Shown piece after piece: positions 1 to 12,266 of a stretch of 64,000 nt of DNA. A model generated the notes under the pieces. The model worked only from the letters and a program-made list of their open reading frames with translations, was not told the DNA's origin and did no database searches. Source of the stretch: Callorhinchus milii (Eukaryota). The stretch lies in contig NW_024704742.1 of NCBI RefSeq assembly GCF_018977255.1, forward strand, positions 124,684,001-124,748,000, written 5' to 3'. Each line of letters starts with the position of its first letter. The first letter of the stretch is position 1. A program made the position numbers and the translations under genes.

Positions 1-638
1 ATGACTCTGAAGTCTACATTTTCTCTTTTATCTTTAAGTGTTGACCAGTCTCTATGTTCAACACCAGCTGTAGAACTAGGAAACTATTGAGTAAACATAA
101 TTGAATAATCTGAATAGCTAAATTACAACAGTAATTCCTGAAATCTCAAAAGGTTGGATAGCATTACACAAAGAGAGCTTTTGCAAGACGGATAAATATG
201 TAATATGTTTGGCATGCCCTGAGGTCACAGGCATATTGGCAGAAAATTAATTTGCATGATGCAACCAGACATCAATAATAGCACCGACAGTTAAACTACA
301 TTCCTCCTATGTATTGTATTGCTAAGCTTGTAGTCCTGTTGAGCTCAGTGATTGTGTTTGTAGTACGGTCTTTGTCATACTTGTGGAAAGCAACAGAGGT
401 GGGAGGACATTGCTCATGCATACTACTAGTAGTTTGCTTTTAATCTGGCAGATTTAGATCAGGTCAGGGCTCGTACATGGAAAAAAAACTTTTTGTGCTG
501 TCTTGTCTAATCACGCCTGTGTTAGAGGAGTTATTTTTAAGTGATGTAATGAAGATCACTTTGGTTCTGAAGACTGGTAGAAGCCTGCTCAGCATTGTAC
601 TCAACTCTGATCAGCCTGTCTCCTGGCTACAACTTTTT

Positions 639-1000
639 AATAATAATAATAATCCTTGAATTTAATAGTGCATTATCACGTTTTCGATATGTCTCAAAGC
701 ACTTCACACTGTAAAGTGAATTGACTGTATATTTTGTGGGTGAAACGCGACAGCCAATTGCATACACCAGCTTCCCACAAACAGTCGTACATTGAGTGAC
801 CCACTTTTTTTGAAAGGGATTATTACCACCATAAAACTGATGCGCCAATCAAATAATAACCAGTTCCTACTTACTGCTAGGTAAACAGAGGCGTGTGGAG
901 CTAGGAAACTTGTCCAACGTTTTTGCCCTGCCCGGGAATTGAACCCAGGTCCTCCAGCTTACAAGGCGAGTGTTCTAACCACTAAACTACAGGACTCCAC
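639..1000 (-). mobile_element. tRNA-derived SINE, long (older) subtype
   Basis: tRNA-like head with A/B boxes, ~65-nt internal segment, L2-like 3' hairpin and (ATT)n tail. Confidence 0.9.
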
Positions 1001-1735
1001 ATTTTGTGGTAAATTTTAATCTGCAGATTGATAGGTATTGGGAAATATAGTGAAAATTAATTTATTACAGAAATAATAGCATGTCATGACACTGCAGAAG
1101 TTACTTGATCATGATTAAATAAACTGGCTGAGCTGATATCTGATATAAATGCAAGTTGTTGCTGACCTGGTGGGTAAAGGCACCACCGTCAGACCATCAT
1201 TCCTTATTGAGGAATTCCATTAAGAAATACTGAAAATTGGATGCTATTATTTGTCTGCAAAAATACACGGACACTATACTTTACAGCAAATCCTGTGAAA
1301 TACTGACTTTATCAAGTGCAAGGATCATTTTTATTAATTTACTTGTATATTGATAATTTCCTGACAGGCAGGGCACACAGACTTAAAACTGTTGGTTATT
1401 AAAAAAGTGTACTTACTTTATCTTAACAATGAAGTGAAAGACTTTGAAAGTTCTTTCATAAATGAGATAAAATGTTTCGCTTCATTGACAACTTTTGATT
1501 TAAAGATAAGATCCTAAGAATTTTTAGTAACAGCTAAAGGCTATCTGACCTAAAAAAACAGATCTCTTTTTTTGACTGCGTTCAGCTCCACAATTCTGCC
1601 TTCTGACCAAATCCCTCAATCCCTTCTCCCTCCAGAAACAACTAGTTACCTCTCGAGCCCACTTATACTATACCCTTCAATGGCTTTATTGGGAATGTAA
1701 ACATGTTCCACCTGAATTCCTTTCTTACTGCAAGC

Positions 1736-2053
1736 ATAATAATAATAATAATCCTTGCATTTGATATAGCGCTTTTTACATCTTCTAGACGTCTCAAAGC
1801 GCTTCACAGAATATGCTGTAAAGTGAATTAACCGTATATTTTGGGAGAAACACGGCAGCCAATTGCGTACAGCAGTGTCCAACAAAGTTGTGGATTGAAA
1901 ATGACCAATTTATTATTGTTTTGTTTTTTGGAGGGATTATTATTAGGCGTGTGGAGTAAGGAAACTTGCCCAAGGTTTCGCCCTGCCTGGAATTGAACCC
2001 AGGTGTCTCACTTGCAAAGCGAGTGCTCTAACCACTGAAGTACACGACTCCAC
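1736..2053 (-). mobile_element. tRNA-derived SINE, short subtype (TAGAA loop)
   Basis: Same family, lacking the internal segment. Confidence 0.9.
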
Positions 2054-2760
2054 AACTCCACCAGGTCATTTCACAATTGTTCAATGAGTTTGAATTGTAG
2101 TCAACTTAAACAGAATACAGATTCCCAGAAAGTTTACAGTACAGAAGAGGGTATTTCTGCTCATGTCTGTGCTCATGTCTCCTCCACTAGCTGCTGCACT
2201 ACTCTATTTCCTTGTTTGACTTATATTCCAAGGAATTTCAGCTACAAAGCAAATAATTTGCCTGCATGGTGTTTTTCACTACTGTGATTAGTTTTCAAAT
2301 GAAACTTTATACCAAAAATTAAGTGTAGAAAAATCCCACTCTTAAAGTAAAAGGCTTCTTTAGGTTCTCTAGGAAATTCTGGGGTTTAACTCATTCTTAA
2401 TATGAAACTGTGTCACTCTGTGGGAACTCTTCCTACAATAGAGCATGACACACTTCTAGTAACTGAAAGGAATCTCCATTTTAGCAACTAGGATTCCTTA
2501 TTAAAGAATACTTCCCACCCTCTTTGATCTCATGCCCAGCTCGGATGCCCACCAGCAGTATCAAGTACTTTGGGATGTCCTCCTGGTGAGCAAGTTGCTA
2601 TATAAGTGTAAATTGTATTGTTTATTAGATATTAATGTAATATATCTCATAAAGTGACTGTATCAGAGTTATCTTTACATCCAGGAAAGCCTTCTAAATG
2701 AAGTTACATATGTTAATCTCAGTTTATTGCAGTATCACGGCCACTTTACAACATGCTCAC

Positions 2761-2870
2761 CTCCCAGGTTGAGTTTGTCACAGGTTTGTTGGGTTCCTGT
2801 GACAGGACATTTGTAAACATCTCCTATTCGGTTCTGGGGAGCCCCACTCCATGGTGATCCAACCAGCAAC
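2761..2870 (-). CDS. ITGA2: Integrin alpha-2-like, exon 3 (LLVGSPWSGAPQNRIGDVYKCPVTGTQQTCDKLNLG)
   Basis: ctatag acceptor and G|gtgagc donor, 110 nt, phase-compatible with exon 2. LLVGSPWSG.P.NR.GDVYKCPV...TC.KLNL closely matches ITGA2 as recalled. The gene continues beyond the window's left edge. Confidence 0.93.
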
Positions 2871-3344
2871 CTATAGATTACAATACAAAAAAGACAGTCA
2901 TCATTGAATCAAAAAAAATAATACAATGAGATTTAGTGGACAACTCCACCAGGTCATTTCACAATTGTTCAATGAATTTGAACTGTAGCCAACTTAAACC
3001 GAATACAGATTCCCAGAAAGTTTACAGTACAGAAGAGGATATTTCTGCTTATGTCTGTGCTGCGCTTATCTCCTCCACTAGCTACTGCACTACTCTCATT
3101 TATTTCTGTTGCTTTTGGTTCAGCTTGGCTCTATTGGTAGCATTCTTACCTCTTCGTCAGAAGGTTTTGGGTTCATGCCCTACATTGGGACTTCGCACTC
3201 ACATCTATGCTGTCACTCCAATGTGGTACTGGGGATGTGTTGCAATGATATAACACCTTTCAATTTGAAAGGACACCTCACAGTGCTTCACAGGTTATAC
3301 TGTAAAGTGTAGTGACTGTATATTTGTATATTTTGTAGACGAAC

Positions 3345-4115
3345 GGATGCAGGATGGAGTTCCAGAGGGTGGGGGCAGAGTGGCTGAAGGCTCGCCCAAC
3401 AATGGTGAGGCGGGCGAGGTGGGGGTTGTGAAACAGGCCGGGGCCAGCTGAGCGGAGGGAGCGAGTAGGTTGGTAGGGGGTTAGGAGGTCACAAAGGTAG
3501 GGGGTTAACAAGGCCGTGGAGGGCTTTACAGGTGAGGACCAGGATCTTGAACTGAATCCTCTGTGTGATGGGAAGCCAGTGGTCGGTTGAGGATGGGGAT
3601 GATAGGGTCACGGAGCTTGGTGCGGGAGAGGACACAGGCTGCAGCCTGTGGAGGGAGCAGTTGGGGAGGCTGACAAACAGGGAGTTTGCATAGTCAAGCC
3701 TGGATGTGATAAAAGCGTGTATGAGGGTTTCGGCGGCCTGCGGAGTGAGACAGTGGCGGAGCCAGGCGATGTTGCTTAGGTTGGGGAAGGCGGAGCGTGT
3801 TGTAGCACAAATGTGGGGTAGAAAAGATAGTTGAGGTTCAAAAGACGGCAAGGTTCCAGGCTGGCTCAGTAAGGTGGAGTGTGCAACCATGGATGGTGAT
3901 GCTGTCAGCGCCTGAGGTGAGGAGGTGACGGGAGCCAATCAGGAGAGCCTCGATCTTGTTGATGTTCAACTGAAGAAAGTTAGCTTTCATTCAGGACTTG
4001 ATGTCTGACAGACATTCTGTCAGGACAGCAGTGGTACTGGAGTCAAGTGTGGAGGCAAAGAGATAGAGTTGGGTGTCATCCTCATACATGTGGAAGTTGA
4101 CCCCATGTCTGCGGT
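3345..4115 (-). mobile_element. L2-clade LINE fragment (RT C-terminal region), degraded
   Basis: ORF remnants AETLIHAFITSRLDYANSL and HWLPITQRIQFKIL, typical of the L2 ORF2 C-terminus. Confidence 0.9.
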
Positions 4116-4149
4116 AAATTAAATGGAACGATATTATTATTATTATCAG

Positions 4150-4442
4150 AAAGAGAATGAAACACAAGTTTCAAGAAACTTATAGCTGGTTAACCTGAAA
4201 CTTCTGCTTTTGTCAGAGGTCATTTTTAAAAAAATTGCGAGAATGCAGTCTGATTATTTAAGTAAAGAATCTCCACAAAATGGATCCATCTGATCTCGCA
4301 ATTACAAAATGGGTTTCAGGCACAAAGAGGATAATTGCTGAATGTTTTAACTGTAGTTTTGGCCTCTGACAAAGCAGAAGTTTTCAAGTTAACCTGCTGT
4401 AATTTCCTTTCAGGCACTTGAAACTTGTGTTTCATTCTCTTT
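4150..4442. mobile_element. Putative MITE / foldback element with ~70-bp imperfect terminal inverted repeats
   Basis: 4150-4175 is the exact reverse complement of 4417-4442; inner arms continue imperfectly to 4219/4363. Confidence 0.6.
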
Positions 4443-4842
4443 GAAAAGGGATCTGCCAATTAACTAATAACCGGGTTCCTACTCATTGCTAGGTAAAGGG
4501 GTGTGGAGTGAGAAAACTTGCCTAACGTTTTTGCCCTGCCCCGGAAACGAACCCAGGTTCTCTCGCTTGTGAGGTGAGTGCTCAAACCACTAATAATATA
4601 ATAATAATATCCTTGAATTGACTGTATATTTATGGGCGAAACGCGGCAGCCAATTGCGCAATGCAGTGTTCCACAAAGAGTCGTGAATTCAGTGACAAAA
4701 TCATTATTTTATTTTTTCTTGAGGGTTTATTATCTGGCGTGTGGAGTAAGGAAACTTGCCCAAGATTTTGCCCTACCGGAATTGAACCCAGGTTACTTGC
4801 TTGAGAGGCGAGTGCTCTAACCATTGAACTACAGGACTCCAC
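4443..4842 (-). mobile_element. Two adjacent partial tRNA-SINE copies
   Basis: Head halves end at ~4591 and 4842. Confidence 0.8.
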
Positions 4843-7144
4843 AAATGTACAATGATACTGTTGATGGACCAAAGCTAAGAGTTTAAGTGTTCGAGGGGAG
4901 AGTGAGGAAGTGCTTTCAGCCTGTCCTGACCCTCTTCTCTCTCCTGTAAACGGTTTTTCCATTCTCCAAGCTGTACGTCCTGATCCTGTGCGAAGCAGCT
5001 GTTCTGTGGCCGATATCAACAACAACAATTAGCATTTATATATGTCCCTGCTCACTGCTGGCAGGTGATCATCTCTGTGGGAGAAGAGCTGCACTTTAGT
5101 GTGCCATCCCAGGATGTTCCTGTACAAGGTCCAGTGCTGGAGTCAGCTGAGTGCATCCGCTCTCAAGAAATGCCAGTCTGACATTGAGCAGCTGTTTGCT
5201 GGAAGATTTCTGCTACAATCAAAATCTCATGTCCACTGCAACCAAAGTATTCTCCATTAAAAGTACTTTTCCTCAAATAGAGGCACTGAAAGGATAGTAA
5301 TAATAGTAGTCCTTGCATTTGATAGGCGCCTTATCACGTCATTGAGATGTCTCAAAGCGCTTAACTGTAAAGAGTAGTGACTGTGTGCTATGTGGGGGAA
5401 ATGTGGCAGCCAATTGCGCACAGCAGTGTCCCACAGTGTGTAGGGATCATTCTACCTGCACATTGCTATGTCAAATGTCCATTTAAAGGGCTCACATACT
5501 TTGAGAAAATCATGTTTCTTGATCTTACTATTTACTCTTTATCTTACTACTTGGATCAACAGAATCACTGAAGAGGGGACTGGGAGAGCTCCTGAGAAGA
5601 TAAAACATGAAGGGATATGGGGAAAGAGCTGTAAAGTAGGATTAGTACAAAAGGAAGTTTAGAAAAACCGGCAGCAGTTGTACAGACGTGGTGGGCTAAA
5701 GGGCCTGGTGGTTTGGACTGACAATTCCTATTTTCTCAATGCTCACTAAGATTCCTTCACGTGGATAGGTAAAAGGTTTGCTGCTTTCTACTCAGATAAG
5801 ACAATACTAACTCATAAGTAAAGAAGAGCTAGGAGCAGTTACGTGGAGCTTTGAGAACCTAAGTACCTCTTAGACTCACTTATTCCCCATGGCTCCACCC
5901 GACCCCTCCACTTCGCTGGTTCCAGCCTCCTGGATGATCTTCGCCCCTCCATTCCACCATCAGTGGCCATGCTTTAAGCTACTATGCCCCGGATCGCTGG
6001 AAGTCTCTCTCTTAATCCCTTCACCTTGGCCCTCCTTCCCCATTTTCACATCATGCCTTAAGAGTTCATGCCTATGGTCACCTCCCACCTCCCCTGGCTC
6101 GGCGTAAGTCTCCGATACTGTTAAATGCTCTGAATATATAGCGCCTTTCATGCTACCCTGCATGAAGGGCGCTATATAAACGCAACTTGTTGTTGTTGCA
6201 TTAGGATCAGTGACTTTCTTTAACCTAAATTTAAAAAGAAACTGTAATCTTTTGTGTGCTTTATCGTGATTCAGTTAATTAACTTGCTGTTCTTCAATAA
6301 GACGTTTCATATCTGTCCTTTATATGATTTCCCAGTAAACTAAGTTCACAGATGTTCAATAAGCCACAAATAGCCAATTGTTCAGAATAGTTTTCTCTCT
6401 CCTGATTTATCCACTGAGATATGACATGGGATTGCTGTCAAAAGAGTGAATAGTGCAGTAGTGTCTGATGTAGGAAAAGGATTTTACTTTCTTTCATCGA
6501 TCTCTAGGAATACTCTGATACATATCTCTGATGAGCTGATAACAGGACCATTTTACATTGGGATTTTGTATAGAGATAGACTTCCCTGTATTTCTGGGTT
6601 GACTTATCTTACTGAAACATTCCATTTTTGTTTTGGATCAGTGCTGCAACTCCACATCTTTCATCAAACCATGGGTGTGAGCCAATGTTCAGTTTAGATA
6701 ATCGTCATCCAATCGCTCAACCCTGTTGGGTCATGTTTTAAAATGTGTGCTCTTTTGTGCAAGACTTCATAAGAGAGCACAAATTCCTGTCCCCATTCCT
6801 GCCCCAACACTCCTCCATAATCCACCGGAAGACTTTTCAATTAAGTTGTGTTTACTCTAATGTTCTGCCTTATAAAATTGAATAATTCAAACAGTGCCTC
6901 AGACAGTGAGACACAATGCATCAGTGGCTTCTTTATTCAGCATTAGAACTTCACTGAAACATCATTTCTGATGTTGCTCTAAGATCAAAAAGATGCATCC
7001 AACTGAGAGTTGAAGGGATAAGAATGGAAGCTCAATTCTTTTCTTCCAATTTTAGCAATTCAAATGCTGACACTTAATTATTTTCCTATGAGGACAGAAT
7101 AATTACACTACTATAAATCATGAGGCAACTCCCAGTTTGAATAT

Positions 7145-7570
7145 GACCGACTCCATTGGCTCCCTATCCTTCAGATGATCTAGTTCAAGATCCTGGTCCT
7201 CATCTACAAAGCTCTTCAGGCCTTGCCCCACCCTACCTCTGCGACCTCTTAATCCCCTACCAATCCGCCCGCTCCGCCTCCCCCGCCCCACCATTGGCGG
7301 GAGAGCCTTCAGCCACTCTGCCCCCAACCTCTGGAATTCCATCCCCCAATCACTCCGCCTCACCCCTCCTTAGCCTCCTTCAAGTCCCGCCTCAAAACCC
7401 TTCTCTTCGACCATACCATCGGTCAACCCCCTTCCCCTCCCCTCCCTGACCCCAGCTCATGTCTGAAATACTGTACACTGTCCAGCGCCCCAGGATTCCT
7501 TACTTTGAAGCGCTCTGAGACACCATCCAGCGTGGAGGGCACTACATAAATCCAAGTTGTTGTTGTATAC
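7145..7570 (+). mobile_element. L2 LINE 3' fragment
   Basis: LHWLP...FKILVL remnant, 3' hairpin and (GTT)n tail. Confidence 0.85.
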
Positions 7571-7799
7571 AAATGTAATCTTGTTGTTGTTGTAGGACAT
7601 AGTGTTTTGTGAATACAGTATCTGTGATTCCATCAAACTGTTGCACGACAGATTACAACTTGGAAATGTGTTTCAAGAAAGATGTAAATGGACAAGATGT
7701 GCAGCTACTTTGCAGATTATTGGGGTGAGAAATGTGACCTATGATGTGTTAATTAACACACTGTTGAAAATTCCACCTTATTGTTGATTAAAGACAAAG

Positions 7800-8305
7800 A
7801 CTGAAGGCACGATCAAAGAGGAAGCTCTTCAGATAGACCTTGAAAGAAGTGAGGGAAACGGCGAGGGGGAGCTCCAGAGAGTGAGAGCAGAAAGATTGAC
7901 CATTAATGATGGGGCGGATAGGGTGGGAGACGTGAAGCAGGTGAGTGCCTAATGAGTGGAGGGAGTGGGCAGGTTGGTAGGATTTTAGAAGGTCACAGAG
8001 GTTAAGTGGGGAAGACCAGGGGTGTATCTAGGATTGAACGATTGGAGAGGTATTGAGTCAGGATTTGGCCGACTTGGCTCCACTCCTCTGCTGGACTGCC
8101 AGCCAGCCAGTGGGGGACCTTGACCCATGCCCCACTGACACCTACTGGCTACCCCACTGTGAAGAGCTTTAAAAATGAGGACGAGGATCTTCAACTCAAT
8201 CTTCTTGGGGATGGGGTGCCAGGGTAGGTGGGCGAGGATAGGGGTGATAGGCTCACAGAGCCTAGTGTGGGAAAGGTCCCGAGCTGCAGTGTTCTGTATG
8301 GTCCT
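7800..8305 (-). mobile_element. L2 LINE fragment interrupted by a small TIR element (8017-8159)
   Basis: L2 similarity on both sides of a ~143-bp insert. Confidence 0.7.
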
Positions 8306-8412
8306 GCAGACTGAATGTGCGTAGTGTGTAGAAAAACAATTACGAAACTGTAGTAGGAATCAGAATTATGATCAGTGGCCTCTGTAAACTAAGACTGTGA
8401 AGTCTACAATTC

Positions 8413-9255
8413 AACAACAAAGACTTGCATTTATATAGCGCCCTCCATGCTGGGTGACATCCAAGAACCCTTGACAGTGGTGGAGCCCAATGCCAAGCCT
8501 GGGGGAGTGGGAAGGTGACCAAACGCATAATAATCTAATAATAATCCTTGCATTTGATATAGCGCTTTTCACATCTTCTAGACTTCTCAAAGCGATTCAC
8601 AGAATATACTGTAAAGTGTATTGACTGTGTAGTTGTGGGCGAAATGTGGCAGCCAATTGCGCACAGCAGTGTCTCACAAACAATCAAGGATTGAAGTGAC
8701 CAATTTATTATTGTTTTTTTTCTTGAGGGATTATTATCCCTGAAGGCATGGTCGAAGAGGAAGTTCTTCAGGCACAACCTGAAATTGGGAAAAGAGGGGG
8801 CAAGGTGAAGGAAATGAGGAAAGGTGTTTCAAAGCTTCGGGGCGTAGTAGCTGAAGGCATGGCTGCCGATGGCGGAGCGGAGGATTCGAGGAACGATGAG
8901 AAGGACAGAACCAGTAGAATGAAGGCAACGGGTAGTGCTATGAGGAGAGAGGAGGTTGGAGAGATAGGTGGGTGCCAAGAAGTGGAGGGATTTAAACACT
9001 GGAGTGAGGATCCTGAAGTCGCTCCGCTCTGTGACAGAGAGCCAGTGGAGTTTGGTAAGGACTGGGGTAATCGGGGTGCAGAGTTTAGTGCGGGTGAGAA
9101 TGCGGGCGGCGGAGTTTTGGTTGAGTTGAATTTTGTGGATGGTGGAGGAGAGGAGACCGGCGATGAGGACATTTGAGTATTCTAGCGGAGAGGTGACGAA
9201 GACATGGACAAGGGTTTTGACAGCTTGTGGTGTGAGGTATTGTCGGAGACAGCCA
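8413..9255 (-). mobile_element. L2 LINE 3' part interrupted by a 5'-truncated SINE (8529-8740)
   Basis: L2 ORF2 remnant (QNSAARILTRT...LHWL). The SINE is flanked by a degenerate duplication aaacgcat/gaaggcat. Confidence 0.85.
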
Positions 9256-9300
9256 ATGTGATTCAATTCATTTTGGACAAACAGCTCCTCCATTGGCTGC

Positions 9301-9616
9301 ATAATAATAATCCTTGCATTTGATATAGCGCTTTTCACGTCAGGAGGACGTCCCAAAGCGCTTCACAGAACACACTGTAAAGTGAATTGACTGTATATTT
9401 GTGGGCGAACGCGGCAGCCAATTGCGCACAGCAATGTCCCACAAACAGTCGTAGATTGAAAATGACCAATTTAATTATTGTTTTGGGTTTTTGGAGGGAT
9501 TATTATTAGGCGTGTGGAGTAAGGAAACTTGCCCAAGGTTTCGCCCTGCCTGGAATTGAACTCAGGTCTCTCGCTTGCAAAGCGAGTGCTCTAACCACTG
9601 AGCTACAGGACTCCAC
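9301..9616 (-). mobile_element. tRNA-derived SINE, youngest short subtype
   Basis: Near-identical to the copies at 12590, 16656, 25447 and 29504. Confidence 0.95.
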
Positions 9617-9939
9617 CTGTATGACCTGAATGAAGCTAACCCTGCATTAGGTGTCAGCCAGGATAGTTAATGCCTGCGTTCCTCCATAGAAAAGATTCCA
9701 GGGGAGGATATGGTATGTTAGGTGATAATAAAGACCATTGATGTGGACAGAAAATGCAGTTACAACTTATCCTTAACAACAGGCTTGGGAGTAAACAACC
9801 ATGCCTCCCCTACCCCCCAACTTTGAGAGAATGCTTTGCTCACAAACTCTGGAGATTGAAAATGACTGACATATTTTCTTTTAACAGGTGAGGAAACAGC
9901 TTGTTACATCTAATGGGAAAGGAAGCATAATCTACAAAG

Positions 9940-10325
9940 CAACAACAACAACAACAACAAGATTCCATTTATAGAGCGCCTTTCACGTCGGGAGCCCGTC
10001 CCAGGGCGCTGTACAGTTGGGTCAGGACCCGAGCAGGGGGGAAATGGTCAGGGTGAGGGGAGGGAAAGGAGGGAGCGAGGAGGGGGTAGAGAGTCGAGAG
10101 GGGAGCTGAAGGCACGGTCAAAGAGAAAGGTCTTGAGACCGGCCTTGAAGGAGGAAAGGGAGGAAGCAAGGCGAAGGCACTGGGGGATGGAGTTCCAGAG
10201 CCTGGGGGCTGAGAGGCTGAAGGCCCGGCCACCGATGGTAGGTGGGGATGAGGATCTTGAATTCGATCCTCTGGGGGATGGGGAGCCAGTGGAGGCGAGC
10301 GAGGGTGGGAGTGATGTGGTCGCGA
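9940..10325 (-). mobile_element. Young L2 3' end, internally deleted
   Basis: Very similar to 18663-19160 but lacks ~120 nt between two GTAGG microhomologies; (GTT)n tail. Confidence 0.9.
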
Positions 10326-10711
10326 AGCAGTCACTATCTTAACAACATATTGCCTATTGCAGCAATAAATTAATAATAAATTAACATTAACACATCATAG
10401 GCCCAAAATTCCTCCTAGTCTTAACGTATACAATGTTTGCGCTTTAAAAACTTAAAACTGAACATTCTTAATCGTGGATTCAGTCTCAGTTTGGAAGTCA
10501 GTTTTTTGTTTTAAGAGCCGACTTCCGATTTCAGATTGAATTTAAGAATTCAGCACAATCGCAAAAATTTTAGGAACAAAGTAGTCTCACAGGCAAAGAC
10601 CAGATGAAAGATCAGGTATCACAGGTCACAATTCTCCTCCCCCATAAATATATGAAGGTAAATACCCACTCTAACAATGGTCACGTGGACTATCAAAATC
10701 AGTTCTCTTAC

Positions 10712-10838
10712 CACTGGCCTTTGGAGTTTGAGAACTGCTGAATAGAGTAACCAAACTGACCATCTGCTGGGCCAGTATAAACCTGGGCTCCCTTCACATC
10801 GACATTAAAGGCCTGGGATGGCTGAAGCAGAAGAGTTC
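10712..10838 (-). CDS. ITGA2: Integrin alpha-2-like, exon 2 (GTLLLQPSQAFNVDVKGAQVYTGPADGQFGYSIQQFSNSKGQW)
   Basis: tttgtag acceptor and TG|gtaaga donor, 127 nt. Encodes the first beta-propeller blade motif FGY..QQF.N.KG.W typical of ITGA2. Confidence 0.92.
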
Positions 10839-12266
10839 CTACAAATGAACAAAACAATATAAGTGCCAAGTAAAACCAAAATACACGTACAATTGCTGCT
10901 ATATTAACAACAACAACTTGCATTTAGACACCCTCCCTCACACTTGGTAGCACCCCAGAGCACTAAAACAAATAGATACCGCAAATAACAAATAGTTACT
11001 GAATCTATCTGAGCACAATTGCATACCAATCAGGACGAGCGGTAGAGGCCAGGACATGCGACTCATTTAAGAACGTCTCAGATGGGATCTTATAGAGGTA
11101 TATAAGATTTGAACTGGGATTGAGAAATTAAACATATTGTTCATGAAATCATCATATGAAATCATCATATAACTGAAAACCATAGTCTGAGACAGTACTT
11201 AATTATGACTGGTTTGGCTGTGACAACTTCAGCAAAATAGTTTAACCCTAATCAAGCTGAAGTCTCTGACCACTGCTATTGTTATTGCTGCTCTCTTATG
11301 CCAATATTTCGGGCATCCATACAAGACTTGCATAAAAGCAACGATTCAAAGGTGCCTTCAAAGCCTTCAAAGACATCCCAAGGACCACCAAAGTGTAGGT
11401 GGGCAAACTCTTGTACTGCTTTTGAGCTGGCATTGGAAGTGTTAGGTTTCAAATTGGAGCTTTTCAAAGCTGCTTTACAAGATAACTTAAACCAAGTTAT
11501 TATCTTGTAAAGCACAACTCGAGTTCTGTTCCCATGGACCATAAAGTGGGTTCTCTTAGTGGAAGCCCAACATAGTGTCTCCATACAGGCTTTGGCTGCT
11601 ACCATTATTCAGACCTTGGGTGGGGAATATTTCATCAACTCATGTTAACAACTGTTTTTAGGAATCCTGAAATTTTGACATCGCTATGATTTACTTTTGT
11701 AGCTCATCTTTGTTTGCAAAGTTTATTGTTCACCACTACATTTGTCAAGCACTTTGAGATGTTCTTTTTCATGAAAGATACTACAAAAATGCAAGTTGTT
11801 AGAATTTTGGCTTAGAGTTATGTTTGGTGTTCAGAAAAAGGTCAATTCAACCTCATGGTTAGATAAAATGTTGCTTCAAATCTTCATTTTATTGCAAACT
11901 CGAGAAATGTAACAACAATGCCATTACTATTATAATAATAATAATAATCCTTGTATTTTGTATCGTGCCTTTCAAGTCAGGACGACATTCTAATAGTCTA
12001 TCACTTGTATTCTATAATAAATTTATATTCTATAATATGTTATATTAAGTCATAATTTAATATTCATAGCATTGTCATTTCCTGGATTGACAACACAAGT
12101 TAATTTTCTCTACACGTCTTATGCTGTTGCCAGTCTGAGTCTATCATTACCAAGTTAAAAAAAAATATTGCCTGCAAAATACATGGTAATCATTGTCATG
12201 CATGGTACACTTGATGGCAATTACCTGTTAATTGCTTTGAGAAATGTTGACATTATAGGTTCTATA

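Noticed and set aside
1165..1255. Candidate ITGA2 exon 4
   Set aside because: No frame gives the expected NMSLGL...GGF-like peptide with compatible splice sites. Exon 4 is probably beyond the window edge.
11282..11605. Overlapping ORFs of 107 aa and 70 aa as a nested gene or RTE remnant
   Set aside because: No recognisable domain, no splice or promoter support; similarity to an RTE C-terminus is too weak to call.
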